Virus record (IMG/VR): IMGVR_UViG_3300005856_000023
Span: 1 to 64,000 of that record
DNA from: a virus
Reading direction: 5' to 3' (one strand)
DNA length: 64,000 nucleotides
The notes under the pieces are model-generated. The model saw nothing but the letters and a program-made list of their open reading frames with translations, was not told the DNA's origin and ran no database searches. Numbering within the stretch: position 1 is the first letter of the stretch; each line of letters starts with the position of its first letter. The position numbers and the translations under genes were made by a program. This document shows positions 29,033 through 39,892 of this stretch, piece after piece.

Positions 29033-29639
29033 TAACATTTTTGTAAATTTGTCCGTATTTGTATATTTTTTGTGAGTAACTGTAATTTATGTCACATGCA
29101 TGTCTGTATTGTTTGCAACCATATTCAGTTCTCCAAACACAAACTCTACCTCTGCATTTAGTGTATCCATAGTTCTTGCAATTTATACATTGATCATAAC
29201 AAACACTGTGATCAAAAGATTTAGCTCTTTCGCATTCAATTAATGGCCAATCACCACCATTATACATTTGCATCGTTAACCATAATCTTTTCTCTCTGCT
29301 TTCTATGGAACTTGGATTTTTAACATGCAAGATATTAAACAAATAGTATATACCTGCTTGTATGTTTCCTGTATAGCTATAAATGTTATATCGAGTTCTA
29401 ACTTCTTTTGGTATAAGGTTTGGAGTTAATTGCATAAAACCAATAGAACCAAGTCCGTCTAGAGATGTTCTCCATTTACATCCTGTTTCCGCTTGAATCA
29501 AACCAACTACATACCACCAAGGAGCATCATCAGCTATCATAATCTTTGTGTAATATTGAACATGTCTAGCTAGAGGTCTACATTCATTTGCATAGGAAAT
29601 ATTTATGAGTGTGAACATTAGTAAAAACAATGTTAGCAT
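29007..29639 (-). CDS. lytic transglycosylase (SLT) with a signal peptide; probable endolysin
   Basis: IQAETG, GFMQL, NIQAGIYYL and YNGG motifs; hydrophobic N-terminus ending SYA. Confidence 0.85.
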   Translation of the reverse strand: MLTLFLLMFTLINISYANECRPLARHVQYYTKIMIADDAPWWYVVGLIQAETGCKWRTSLDGLGSIGFMQLTPNLIPKEVRTRYNIYSYTGNIQAGIYYLFNILHVKNPSSIESREKRLWLTMQMYNGGDWPLIECERAKSFDHSVCYDQCINCKNYGYTKCRGRVCVWRTEYGCKQYRHACDINYSYSQKIYKYGQIYKNVITEHWRYW

Positions 29640-30127
29640 GTTTTTTGATTGCTGTTAACGTTTAGCATACAAGATAACACTTGTTTGAAATTATTTAAAG
29701 ATATTAGTACACAATCATCAAATAGAGTTACATATTCACTAACATTAATATACATCATATTGCAAACAACATATATTGGACTTCTATTACCCGATATCAC
29801 TAGAAATATCTTTTTGTCTTTATGTTTTGAAACGTATTGATTGTACAATCTTCTTATTAATGACTTTTGTTTAATGGGATTATGAAATTGTTTCCATTTC
29901 TTACATTCAATAACTATATTCACAAGTTCAGGAAATATCTGATAATATAATCCAAAATCAATATCACCTTTATCTGTTTTGCTAGAACCTGACGATCTTG
30001 ATCTTTTAACTTTTAGTTGATCATCGTTAGGTTTTATTTTGCTCCATTCTTCTAACCAATTTTGTAGTATGTTTGCAATCTTGTCTTCAAACCTTTTACC
30101 TTTTTGTTTTCTATTGCTATGCTTCAT
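29633..30127 (-). CDS. Holliday junction resolvase (PD-(D/E)xK)
   Basis: KGKRFE, GDI and IECK motifs. Confidence 0.8.
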   Translation of the reverse strand: MKHSNRKQKGKRFEDKIANILQNWLEEWSKIKPNDDQLKVKRSRSSGSSKTDKGDIDFGLYYQIFPELVNIVIECKKWKQFHNPIKQKSLIRRLYNQYVSKHKDKKIFLVISGNRSPIYVVCNMMYINVSEYVTLFDDCVLISLNNFKQVLSCMLNVNSNQKTC

Positions 30128-30157
30128 TTTAGCGCTTAGCTTCAGCGGGTTAATAAG

Positions 30158-32272
30158 ATGCAAGAGAACACTCTTATCAGTTTATATAATTATCTTGCAT
30201 TTGGATTTTCAGGTGAAAATATTAGCAATAGTCCAGATACTCTCATTGAAAGAACTATTTTTGGAATTAAAGATACTAAACTACATGAATACAATAAAAA
30301 ATTACTCGCATTAGTTGATTGTATACCTGGCTTTCATATAGCTACATGTTACTTCAATAACCAACTACCTAATTTACATACTGATTACAAATTTGATAGG
30401 TTATATCTATATAGGTTTTTGTTTGATGATATGACAACAATAGCTAAAAATCTAGAGCAAACTCTAGATATTAGTTATGCTAATAATTACGTTGTATTAC
30501 GATATCAAAATAGTAAACTAATACCTGGCAATCTGTATTTTAGTAACTATCCTCAGATAAAAAATTTACATTACGTTGTTGAAAAGGGAGTAGACTACTA
30601 TCAGCTAAAAGCAAATAAACCTTTTGACTACTTTTTATTGTTAACTCAAGACTTTCTTAACAAACAACAAGTACAAGCAACTGATAAATTCTACATATAT
30701 TTATTTGGCTTAGTGAACTCAAGTTATTTGGAACACGAGACATCAATATCAATAGATGATGTATTTAAACAAAACTACATAAGGAATTTGTATGGGTTTG
30801 TTACTCCATACTATATCAAAACTGTCGATACCAATTTACTATTTGATAATAATCAGGCTAAAATTAGAGCACAAGTTTATCGTCACAGAGAATTCTTTAA
30901 TCCTTATAATGATATCATATCAGAGAAATTTAAAAAGCAGTTAGAGCGTCCCATATTGCAAGCTAATCTTTACATCAATTTTATGGATAATCAAAATCTG
31001 AACAAAGATTTATATAACATACAATCATTTCTTGCTACAATAACTCGATTTGCATCCATTTATCCAAGAGGTATGCACGTAGATACATATGATACTATAT
31101 TTGACAATAGAAATAGTTTGTTCGGTGGTAATATTGTTTTACGTAATGCCAAAGCTAACGGTATAGATATAAACGTTTATGCTATCAAACTACCTAATAA
31201 TTTTGAACTGGATAGACAACTACATTATTTTTCCTTAGCATTCTACGAATTTGAAGAAACGCCTCTAAGCAAAATCTATTCAAACTATATCGATGATTTG
31301 GTTTATGATTTTGATAGTTTTAAAGTTGAATATGATTTACCAGAGAACATACAAAATTTATGTACAGCTAGTATAAGAGAAGGAAACAAAACCTTAACAG
31401 GTATATGGAAATACACCTATCTGGGAACAAAAAGACGGAAACATTTCATAAGTCCAATTAGTGTACTATCATACAATATTGAGTTAGAAGATACTCTGGA
31501 ACAAAAAATCATAACTCTATATGAGTTCGACATATGTCCGCAAACAAGATATAGGATTATAGATGCTGATTTACCATTTGAGGAAGAAATAAAATATGAT
31601 GATTTAACATTTTTATTGCTACGTATTGGACCTGGTTTGTATCAAATTATGAGCAATGAAGCTCTAAACAGATTCAATATTAGCTGCGATACAGAGTATG
31701 GAGATATTTTAGTCAGAGAGCTAACATATATATATAAGCCAACTATTAAAGCATTGCTAGAAGGTAAAGTCAGTTTTCGTATACATCATATCCCGACAAA
31801 CAGATACTATGAGATAGATTTTAAACTGAATTTAGCTTTACCTTTTACCTCTGAGTATATTATTAGAGAAATGTTCGATCATACAATGGAAGAATTGTTT
31901 ATAACACCGGCTATAACAAGTGATAGTTTACAAACAAATAAGTTTATGCTCGTAAACTATTATAATGCACCGAGATTGACCGAACCAAACAATGCATGTC
32001 CAAATACCTATATATGCTCTACATCAGATACCAGTTTAGCTTTTGCTCATCTACCATACATTCTATGTTCAAGAGGTGAAACCATATGTTATTATATTTG
32101 TACAGGTGCATTTGACATACAACAGTTAGAAAACATGTTAAAAGATAATCTGTTAGTTTACATACATGAATTGTATAGACTTGTATCATCTGCTATGCTA
32201 TTACCATACACAGATACAGAGATAAGAGACTTACAAATAAACCACAATACCTATTATGCAGTTAGAATGTAA
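30158..32272 (+). CDS. hypothetical structural protein (baseplate-like?)
   Basis: 704 aa; AGC-N11-ATG; no motif recognised. Confidence 0.55.
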   Translation: MQENTLISLYNYLAFGFSGENISNSPDTLIERTIFGIKDTKLHEYNKKLLALVDCIPGFHIATCYFNNQLPNLHTDYKFDRLYLYRFLFDDMTTIAKNLEQTLDISYANNYVVLRYQNSKLIPGNLYFSNYPQIKNLHYVVEKGVDYYQLKANKPFDYFLLLTQDFLNKQQVQATDKFYIYLFGLVNSSYLEHETSISIDDVFKQNYIRNLYGFVTPYYIKTVDTNLLFDNNQAKIRAQVYRHREFFNPYNDIISEKFKKQLERPILQANLYINFMDNQNLNKDLYNIQSFLATITRFASIYPRGMHVDTYDTIFDNRNSLFGGNIVLRNAKANGIDINVYAIKLPNNFELDRQLHYFSLAFYEFEETPLSKIYSNYIDDLVYDFDSFKVEYDLPENIQNLCTASIREGNKTLTGIWKYTYLGTKRRKHFISPISVLSYNIELEDTLEQKIITLYEFDICPQTRYRIIDADLPFEEEIKYDDLTFLLLRIGPGLYQIMSNEALNRFNISCDTEYGDILVRELTYIYKPTIKALLEGKVSFRIHHIPTNRYYEIDFKLNLALPFTSEYIIREMFDHTMEELFITPAITSDSLQTNKFMLVNYYNAPRLTEPNNACPNTYICSTSDTSLAFAHLPYILCSRGETICYYICTGAFDIQQLENMLKDNLLVYIHELYRLVSSAMLLPYTDTEIRDLQINHNTYYAVRM

Positions 32273-32306
32273 AATTTTTTTTATTTGAAAAGCGATTTCA
32301 AATCTA

Positions 32307-32858
32307 ATGAAAATTTTCTGCCCAGAGAATTTCATTAAGATAGGAACAAACTTTTACTTGGATAATAACTCTAACCTATTGCATATAGCAAATGCAGAGA
32401 TCATACAGCTAGGTAATTTACTTTATCTCTCAGGTAGTATTCCTGTTGAAGTTAGGTATAATGTTTTTGAGATAGTAGATTATGAGGTAAAGTTTATCAA
32501 AACTAAGTTCTATAAACTTAAGTTGTCAAACAATTTGGAAACATATATCAACTATATGAACAAAGATATTGATAAACTAAAACTAATACCTGTTGTTAAT
32601 ATAGATAGAAATCAAAAAATTAGAACAAATACAATGCGTACAAAGATAGATAATATAGCAAAGTATAGAAGTTTGTTAAATCAGGGTTTACTGACTTATG
32701 TGGGACAAAGCTATATAAGTACTAAACCAGATAACTACTTGATTGAGGATGATGGTGTTTATGTAAAAGTAGTTAGTAAGGAAGTAGTTGAATTTCCGTT
32801 TATTATTGAATTCAGTAAAGATATAAGTTTGATTGATTGTCTCTACTATTTACAGTAA
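32307..32858 (+). CDS. hypothetical protein
   Basis: 183 aa ORF. Confidence 0.65.
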   Translation: MKIFCPENFIKIGTNFYLDNNSNLLHIANAEIIQLGNLLYLSGSIPVEVRYNVFEIVDYEVKFIKTKFYKLKLSNNLETYINYMNKDIDKLKLIPVVNIDRNQKIRTNTMRTKIDNIAKYRSLLNQGLLTYVGQSYISTKPDNYLIEDDGVYVKVVSKEVVEFPFIIEFSKDISLIDCLYYLQ

Positions 32859-32866
32859 ACAAAAAA

Positions 32867-34201
32867 TCAGAATAGTTTGTATGGATCTCTATCAGCTTTA
32901 ATGTTTATTATACTTTCGTATTTAATCCAAAGTGAATTCTTGGGAATAAAGACTATATCATTTCTATCAAACACAAAATCAGATATAAATATCATAACAT
33001 CATTATCATTCATTTCATTCTTTAAATGATTTAATACTTTTTTGGGACTTGTTCCGCCTCTTCCACGAACTTCAATATTTTCAAAATCTTTTTTGCTTCT
33101 TAATATCACTGGACCATAAAAGTCTACATCAAAGTAGTATACTTTTATTCTGCTCATCTTGATTAATTTTGAGAATTTACCAAACACATCCTCGAGAAAT
33201 TCTGTTGGAATTGACCCAGATGTATCTATTACTGCATAAAGGTATCTGGGATAACCTTTGTACATAAATTTTGTTCCCAATAGATCAGGATTTAGTTTAT
33301 TGATCTTCATAGGGGTTCTTCTCATATCATAAATTTTTTTACCATATAAATCATAATCTGTAGCAAATTTTTCAAGATATTTTTTCCAGTCGAATTGTGA
33401 ATGTTCTTTTGCTTTGACCAATTCTACAAAATTTCCTGGGTTAGTTCCTACATCTTTAATGCTTTCCAATACTCTATTAATCAAAACGAGTCTCATATTA
33501 TCTGTTATATCCGGAGCATCTTGTATCAATTCACCATCTATCATATTGTTAAAATCAAGTGTCATATAATTATAATGTTGTATATTATTTTCTTGTTTAA
33601 CGGAACATGTATTGCAATTACTTTCGCTATTTATAGACGCTCTTTTATCCTCTTTTTGTTGCATTCTTTTGTATATTTCATATGCTAATTGTTCTATTGT
33701 CATTGCTAAAGCATCTTCTATTTTAATATCAAATAGTTCTTCAATGTCATTTAGGAATATATCTTTCTTCAGAAAATCTCCCAAATCTGAAGATTTGCCT
33801 AGTTTAAACATTTTTTTGATATCTTCAATTTTTTCACTTTTGGTAGCATGAATTTTTGTAGTGTTAAATTTATCAATCTTATATGCTAACTGATATATGA
33901 TCTCATTAATAAATGCATTAGCGGCCATGTTGTAAATATCAGGTGGAATAATTTCTTTAACATTGTTATATCTCTTTATATGGTTGAAGATTATATGCAT
34001 TGCTCCATGAACTAGATATTTCAATAGTGTAGATTCATCCTTTATTGCATTTCTATTTACAATAATACAATCATCTTTTACTTTTATGGGAACACCAGAT
34101 AATGATGCTTCTGCAATCTTCATGAATTGTAGCATATGTCTGAGTTCAATCGGAATCTGATTCATTAAATAAATCTTTCTTACTGCGTTTCTGATATCCA
34201 T
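32867..34201 (-). CDS. DUF2201-type protein: metallopeptidase-like N-domain plus VWA domain
   Basis: HGAMH...H..R, YNMAANAFIN, VIDTSGS (MIDAS), GRGGT and ISD motifs. Confidence 0.8.
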   Translation of the reverse strand: MDIRNAVRKIYLMNQIPIELRHMLQFMKIAEASLSGVPIKVKDDCIIVNRNAIKDESTLLKYLVHGAMHIIFNHIKRYNNVKEIIPPDIYNMAANAFINEIIYQLAYKIDKFNTTKIHATKSEKIEDIKKMFKLGKSSDLGDFLKKDIFLNDIEELFDIKIEDALAMTIEQLAYEIYKRMQQKEDKRASINSESNCNTCSVKQENNIQHYNYMTLDFNNMIDGELIQDAPDITDNMRLVLINRVLESIKDVGTNPGNFVELVKAKEHSQFDWKKYLEKFATDYDLYGKKIYDMRRTPMKINKLNPDLLGTKFMYKGYPRYLYAVIDTSGSIPTEFLEDVFGKFSKLIKMSRIKVYYFDVDFYGPVILRSKKDFENIEVRGRGGTSPKKVLNHLKNEMNDNDVMIFISDFVFDRNDIVFIPKNSLWIKYESIINIKADRDPYKLF

Positions 34202-34252
34202 GACATTAAATTTAGATTAGTTGTTTCTAGCATCCACTCTAAATTTATAATC

Positions 34253-35932
34253 ATGCTTGGTTTGCTAGAGTTATTGAAACCATCAACATATGTGATTGAA
34301 GTAACATTCTTCTGTGCATTACAAAATAAAAGGATGTTAGATTTAATCAAAAACATTTTACCCTATTGGAGTATGCTTGCAACTGAGGAGCAAAAACCTC
34401 TATTATCAATGTTAACTACATTTGTGAATAAGGGTATACCAGAACATGATTTCAAACTATCACAGCCATTGGAGTTTTATTACAAACTATTTGACGTAGC
34501 AAATCTCGATGAATTGCAATCAACAATACTGGATAGGTTATACAAAATACAATTTGTTGCTAAGGTATATGAGAAGATTCAACTATTCCAACATCCAATA
34601 CATGACTATGATAAAGTTGAAATGATTGTTAGTGAATTGTTATCTGATCTTAATGAAGTTAGAGACAAAGAACTAACAGAGAAAATCTTCAATGCAAAAG
34701 ATTTATTAAATGTAACAGAAATATCTGATTTGAAATTGGTTAGTTTGATACCAGAGTTAGATTTAGTATTGGGAGGATTTTATGTTAATAATCTTTATCT
34801 GTTTGCTGCAGGATTGGGACAGGGTAAATCATTTACATTACTTAACATGGCAGTAGGATTTTCAGTTTTCCTAAAAGCATTTGAAAACTACTATAAAGAT
34901 TGGTATGGTAAAAAACCAGTTGTTTTATACATATCACTGGAAAATACTAGCGTTCAGATCAGGAACAGATTATACACATTACTAAATGATTGTACATTAA
35001 CAATACCAAAAGAAAAAAATACTCCTTTGAAACAATTATTCCAAGCTGTGGATAACTTCTATATCATATCTTTATCAGATGAGATAGTGGATTATGTTTA
35101 CATAGAGAATATTGTGTTGTCGATGCAATCAAAAAATATGCATCCAGTTGTCATTGTGTTAGATTATATGGATGAGTTATATGCTCCTGCTAACATAAGT
35201 GAACATAGACATAAGTTAGGTTATAATGCTAGAATGTTAAGGAAGATAGCTATGAATCACAATCTACTAATTGTATCTGCTACACAGATAAACAGAAAAG
35301 GTATTGAAGAAGGTAATATATCCATTACACATTTATCAGAATCAATAGAACATGGTAAAGTAACAGATGTATTAGTCGGTTTAGTTCCAATAACAATAAA
35401 CAAAGGTTATATTATTACAAATCAACCTTTAACCAAAGATATTATTAAAAGCAATCTAGACAACAAAGCAGAAGCAATTGGAATGATAAATAGCATGTAT
35501 CTCAAAGTATTAAAGAATAGACCAAATCTATTAACAGGCTTTGGATATGCAATTAGTAATCAAAGTTTAACAGGATTTAGATCTCTCATATATGGATTGA
35601 ATTATGAAATCTCAATCTATCTTGTTCCGAGTTTACATTCATATTTAGGAGATGATTATATAACTACAAACTATGATGTATTGCATAGCAGCGTTACAAA
35701 TAGAATAGCACCATTCGTAAAAAATCTTGATGTTAAGGATTACAGTAAATATCAATACGGATTGGAGTTAATATCAAATCTACTTGGTATTGATATAAAA
35801 CAAATAAATGTAAACAATGAAAACATAGAAAATGACTTTGTAGTAAGTAATATCAATCAAAACATAGATGCACTTGATGTCATAGATGATTTTGAAACAT
35901 TCGAACAAAAAAGTTTAGATTTAGATATATAG
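34253..35932 (+). CDS. DnaB-like replicative helicase
   Basis: AGLGQGKS, ISLEN, LDYMD, SATQINR, LSES and KNR motifs. Confidence 0.88.
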   Translation: MLGLLELLKPSTYVIEVTFFCALQNKRMLDLIKNILPYWSMLATEEQKPLLSMLTTFVNKGIPEHDFKLSQPLEFYYKLFDVANLDELQSTILDRLYKIQFVAKVYEKIQLFQHPIHDYDKVEMIVSELLSDLNEVRDKELTEKIFNAKDLLNVTEISDLKLVSLIPELDLVLGGFYVNNLYLFAAGLGQGKSFTLLNMAVGFSVFLKAFENYYKDWYGKKPVVLYISLENTSVQIRNRLYTLLNDCTLTIPKEKNTPLKQLFQAVDNFYIISLSDEIVDYVYIENIVLSMQSKNMHPVVIVLDYMDELYAPANISEHRHKLGYNARMLRKIAMNHNLLIVSATQINRKGIEEGNISITHLSESIEHGKVTDVLVGLVPITINKGYIITNQPLTKDIIKSNLDNKAEAIGMINSMYLKVLKNRPNLLTGFGYAISNQSLTGFRSLIYGLNYEISIYLVPSLHSYLGDDYITTNYDVLHSSVTNRIAPFVKNLDVKDYSKYQYGLELISNLLGIDIKQINVNNENIENDFVVSNINQNIDALDVIDDFETFEQKSLDLDI

Positions 35933-36008
35933 TTTTTTTGCTATGGAATACAATAAGTTTAATAACAAAAAAAGAGGGAGGAGGAGAGTAGCCATGAAGA
36001 GCTTCTAA

Positions 36009-37745
36009 TTACCTTTGAACGATAAGTCTACCTACTACATTAGGATAGATTACAGATGCTCCGAATCTATGAACAGCAGTCATTGCTTGACCAAGAGTAT
36101 TTGCAGGATAAGGTATCATATGGGTTGCATAAGGTGCATATATTGCAGTGGAGAAGAATTCTTGTTTGGATTTGAGTACAAGCAAGTTCCTACCAACAGG
36201 AAGTATAGGTGTAGGTAATACCTTTATCCACTCTTCAGATCCATCTTTGCTTCTGGTGTATATCTTGAATGGGTCTGCTTTCGTTACAGGATCGGATACC
36301 CACTTACCTATGTTAACAAGTAGTGAAGCATCTTCAACATTCATCACAAGTATGGGTTCTACTTCGGGAACAGGTGTATTCCTGAGTATCTTACCAAGCA
36401 GGTTAGATATTGCATAAGGGAAATGAGTCATAACGTACATGCCTGGTCCCCAACTGTAATCAGCAAGAGCATCAGCGGTCATATCTACAGATTCTTCTAT
36501 GTTATGAACAAGTGATGCATTATACAAGTTCATTAGAAGGAATGCATCAGTGTTAAGTGCAATTATAGAAGATAGTATGCTGCTTACTTCGCCGAGTATA
36601 TCGAGATTGAAGAGAACTTGAGCATCAAAAGCCATTTCAGGAGATACAAGTATTGTGCTTTCAAGTCTATTCTCCGCAAGAGTTTGTCTTGCAAGTTCAA
36701 GTCTGAGCTTCCTAGCAGGATCTCTCGATTCATAGGCTACTCTTGCATATACCTCTATACCTTGAATTGCAGGAGCAGTTCCACCAGTTGCTATAACAGT
36801 TATAGTGAAATCACCAGATTTGAAGTCTACTCTACCAGTTACATTAACAGTGTAGGTATTGGCACCAATGGTTGCAGTTCCAGCTCCGGTTATAGCACCA
36901 GACGATTCAATATTGGAAGATACATTTATTGTTCCAGATGTCGTATCATCAGTTATACGAACAGCTATTACTCTAAAATCAGGTGTTACCCTAAGCTTAT
37001 TGTCAGGAGCAACAGTCGCAGGAGGCAACAAGTTAGCCTCACGTAGAATGTTATACACATTACCTCTTATTATCTCTTCTGCAGCAGGAGTTGTAGCGGG
37101 AACAAATACACCCTGCCCAGGAGCTGTTCCGTAATAGCCGAGAGAATCTCCACTGAGAAGTCTACCAGTTGTCATGTCTACTGATAGATAGGATGAGAAT
37201 GGATAAGGATTTGTAGAGTTAGTTAATTCCTCATAAAACCTGAAGAAGTAAACATACGAACCTGGAGCAGACATATTCCTGACATCATATACTTGCGTTG
37301 CAACAAGTCTTGGATACATAAACCTTATCAGAGGAGCCAAATACATAAAGTATGGTATCACATTAGCAGATGTATTTTCTGTAGCTATAGCCCTAAGACT
37401 ATTTTCATACAAAGTTTTAATGGCTTTGGATAGTGAATATACTTCTGCCTCTGATAGATTACCTTGTTCTGCAACTATATCGGTTACTATTGCATTGGAT
37501 ATTAAATCAATTACAGTCCTATCACCTTGTAAAGCTCTTTTTGCTAGTTCTGATATTTTATCTACAAATTCTGATGGATTTTTAGATGCATTAACCTTAG
37601 TTATATCCGAATAAAATTCTTTCACTATTTTCTTGGCATCTTCAGCATTCTTATTTGCCATTTCCATTGCTAGACTGTAAATTCTTTTTGTAGATATAAT
37701 TGAGTCAGATGGGTAAAATCTTGATAGTCTTACGTCTTTATCCAT
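36009..37745 (-). CDS. major capsid protein (T4 gp23-like)
   Basis: PLIRFMYPRLVA...VRNMSAP, RLES...SPEMAFD...LDILGE and AIYAPY motifs. Confidence 0.8.
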   Translation of the reverse strand: MDKDVRLSRFYPSDSIISTKRIYSLAMEMANKNAEDAKKIVKEFYSDITKVNASKNPSEFVDKISELAKRALQGDRTVIDLISNAIVTDIVAEQGNLSEAEVYSLSKAIKTLYENSLRAIATENTSANVIPYFMYLAPLIRFMYPRLVATQVYDVRNMSAPGSYVYFFRFYEELTNSTNPYPFSSYLSVDMTTGRLLSGDSLGYYGTAPGQGVFVPATTPAAEEIIRGNVYNILREANLLPPATVAPDNKLRVTPDFRVIAVRITDDTTSGTINVSSNIESSGAITGAGTATIGANTYTVNVTGRVDFKSGDFTITVIATGGTAPAIQGIEVYARVAYESRDPARKLRLELARQTLAENRLESTILVSPEMAFDAQVLFNLDILGEVSSILSSIIALNTDAFLLMNLYNASLVHNIEESVDMTADALADYSWGPGMYVMTHFPYAISNLLGKILRNTPVPEVEPILVMNVEDASLLVNIGKWVSDPVTKADPFKIYTRSKDGSEEWIKVLPTPILPVGRNLLVLKSKQEFFSTAIYAPYATHMIPYPANTLGQAMTAVHRFGASVIYPNVVGRLIVQR

Positions 37746-37867
37746 AACGTTCTTCTGCTAAAAAGTTGTGAGTAAACAACTTTAAATATTAATGCAAAAA
37801 ATTTTTTACAAGTATGCTAAAGATAATACTATAAGAAAACAAACATTTTATTATTGAATGCTATCAT

Positions 37868-39190
37868 TTAGTCGATATTATTCTCAAATTGCCAAACAAG
37901 ATAGTTAACCGATCCAACCTTCTTTGATTCTGGTGTTACAATAGGGTCCAAGTATCCCAACATATCTGTTACAAGTCTTATTTTGTGACTTAATCTCTTC
38001 ATTGCAAATTTATGAGCATATGTAGCCTTTAACTGTAACATAACTTCTGATATAGGATTATGTATTTTATCCTCTACATATTCAACTTGCATTATCTTAT
38101 ACAAAATGGATAGAGATGTTGAATGCTTTCTGGGCAATTTTCGTGTTCTAATTCTCTCATACAACAAATGCATTAGTTGTCTAACCAATGGATGCAATAA
38201 GAATGTTTTGAATCTTACTGTTTTGCTTTTTAGTGAGCTATACAAACCACAATTCTTTATATAATTGTAGAAGTCATTGCTTGGAACAAATGTAAATAGA
38301 AAGTAATAGGGATCTTTAAACTCCTGTCTAACCAATGGATCAAATATAGCACTTATCTCTCCATATAATAATGTCATTATCTCAAAAGAATGTTTGCCCA
38401 TAAGTCTTTCTAATAACCTACTCCCACCATAGTCCTTGAATGATTTTGCAAATCTTCTCCTATAATTGCTTTCATATGTTACATCTACAATTAATTGTTT
38501 ATTGACTGATGTATCTGTATACACAATAGATGTTTCCGTTTCTTGTATTGTTATGTATTTAACTTTCTTTCCTTTTGTTACAGTAGTTACTTTGTTTGAT
38601 TGATTATTACCTAACTCTTGCATATCAACTTGAAAGCCAGTTTGTTGTAAAACCATATACAACAAATCTAACAAGGATAAATTACTTTCCAATAAACTTT
38701 CATCATTCTTGAGCAAATACAATATCAAAAAGTTCAATACAGGTAATGTTTTATGTTTTGATTCATATAAGATTGGTTTTGTTTCATCTAAAATATTTTT
38801 AAACACTACTTTCCTATACAGATTAGATAATTTTGCATCCATACTCTCTGTTCCAAATCTATCCAAGAACTTATCTGCGATTGAGTAAATAAATACATAT
38901 CGTTGTCCATTAACTATTATGTAGTTTCCAATAAACCTAGGAATGAATGTTTTGTAATTACAAATTGCTCCATCCTTTTTATCCTTCAAACTATATTTGA
39001 TAGTGTAAACAGATATTAATCCGTCTGTTGACATGAGATCTTCTTCCTCAATTTGTAAATCAATTAATTCAGCATCAATCAGATCACAAAACCAAATTAT
39101 GGTATTTTTAACATCTTCTGTAATATTGTTTAATACTTGTTTGCGATATGAAATGGGTTTGCTGTCTATGTTTAGGTTTATGAAATACAT
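37868..39190 (-). CDS. RNA polymerase beta-like subunit, N-terminal half
   Basis: IPRFIGNYIIVNGQRY; NPISE...GYLDPIVTPESKKVGSVNYL (fork-loop region). Confidence 0.85.
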   Translation of the reverse strand: MYFINLNIDSKPISYRKQVLNNITEDVKNTIIWFCDLIDAELIDLQIEEEDLMSTDGLISVYTIKYSLKDKKDGAICNYKTFIPRFIGNYIIVNGQRYVFIYSIADKFLDRFGTESMDAKLSNLYRKVVFKNILDETKPILYESKHKTLPVLNFLILYLLKNDESLLESNLSLLDLLYMVLQQTGFQVDMQELGNNQSNKVTTVTKGKKVKYITIQETETSIVYTDTSVNKQLIVDVTYESNYRRRFAKSFKDYGGSRLLERLMGKHSFEIMTLLYGEISAIFDPLVRQEFKDPYYFLFTFVPSNDFYNYIKNCGLYSSLKSKTVRFKTFLLHPLVRQLMHLLYERIRTRKLPRKHSTSLSILYKIMQVEYVEDKIHNPISEVMLQLKATYAHKFAMKRLSHKIRLVTDMLGYLDPIVTPESKKVGSVNYLVWQFENNID

Positions 39191-39238
39191 GATAGTAAAT
39201 TTAGTATGTGTGCTCAAAAAAAATGTTTTATTTTTTTG

Positions 39239-39862
39239 TTATAGTAATATATCATCTGAATCTGATGATACATTAACAGTCACATCGGATAGATCCAAAT
39301 CCAATTCATCTTCTATGGTTGTTTTAGCAGTTTCGGATACTTTCTTTTTAGATGGCACTTCTGTTGTATATTTATTGTATAGTTCCCAGAATCTTGTGGC
39401 ATCTCTTTCAATTCTTTTTAATGTGGCACCTTTTCTCATTAGTTCTTCAATTGCATTAATAACCCTATCAATCTCCTCTTTGACATTTTCCAATACTTCA
39501 TCATTTATCTCATTATCCATTTTTGTTCCAATTTCTCTTAGATATAATGTATGATTATCTTTTATCACTGCTATGTATGGAGATGTTTTTAATCCTGTAG
39601 CTGATGTCAATCTGTTTGAATAAATCAATGCTACTGTATATCCATTCATATCATACAATTTGGTTCCTAACAGCAAATTCTCTCTTTTCTTAATCACAAT
39701 TACATGATCTTTGGATATTGGCTCAACTATTTTGAATTTTTTATCCACTGGAAATCCGACTAAATTGCTACCTACTGTTGTACAATAATATGTTTGTTCA
39801 TCATACTTAATAGGTTTGAATATGCTTGATAATTTTTCTACAGAGATAACTCTGATCTTCAT
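39239..39862 (-). CDS. hypothetical protein with an acidic C-terminal tail
   Basis: CTAAATTT-N6-ATG at 39862; ends DSDDILL. Confidence 0.7.
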   Translation of the reverse strand: MKIRVISVEKLSSIFKPIKYDEQTYYCTTVGSNLVGFPVDKKFKIVEPISKDHVIVIKKRENLLLGTKLYDMNGYTVALIYSNRLTSATGLKTSPYIAVIKDNHTLYLREIGTKMDNEINDEVLENVKEEIDRVINAIEELMRKGATLKRIERDATRFWELYNKYTTEVPSKKKVSETAKTTIEDELDLDLSDVTVNVSSDSDDILL

Positions 39863-39892
39863 GTCTATAAATTTAGACAAGTTGTAAAAAAC

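Noticed and set aside
35968-36008. GGAGGAGG plus ATG mini-ORF (MKSF) downstream of the capsid gene
   Set aside because: Four codons only; more simply the pyrimidine-rich 3' end of the capsid transcript on the other strand
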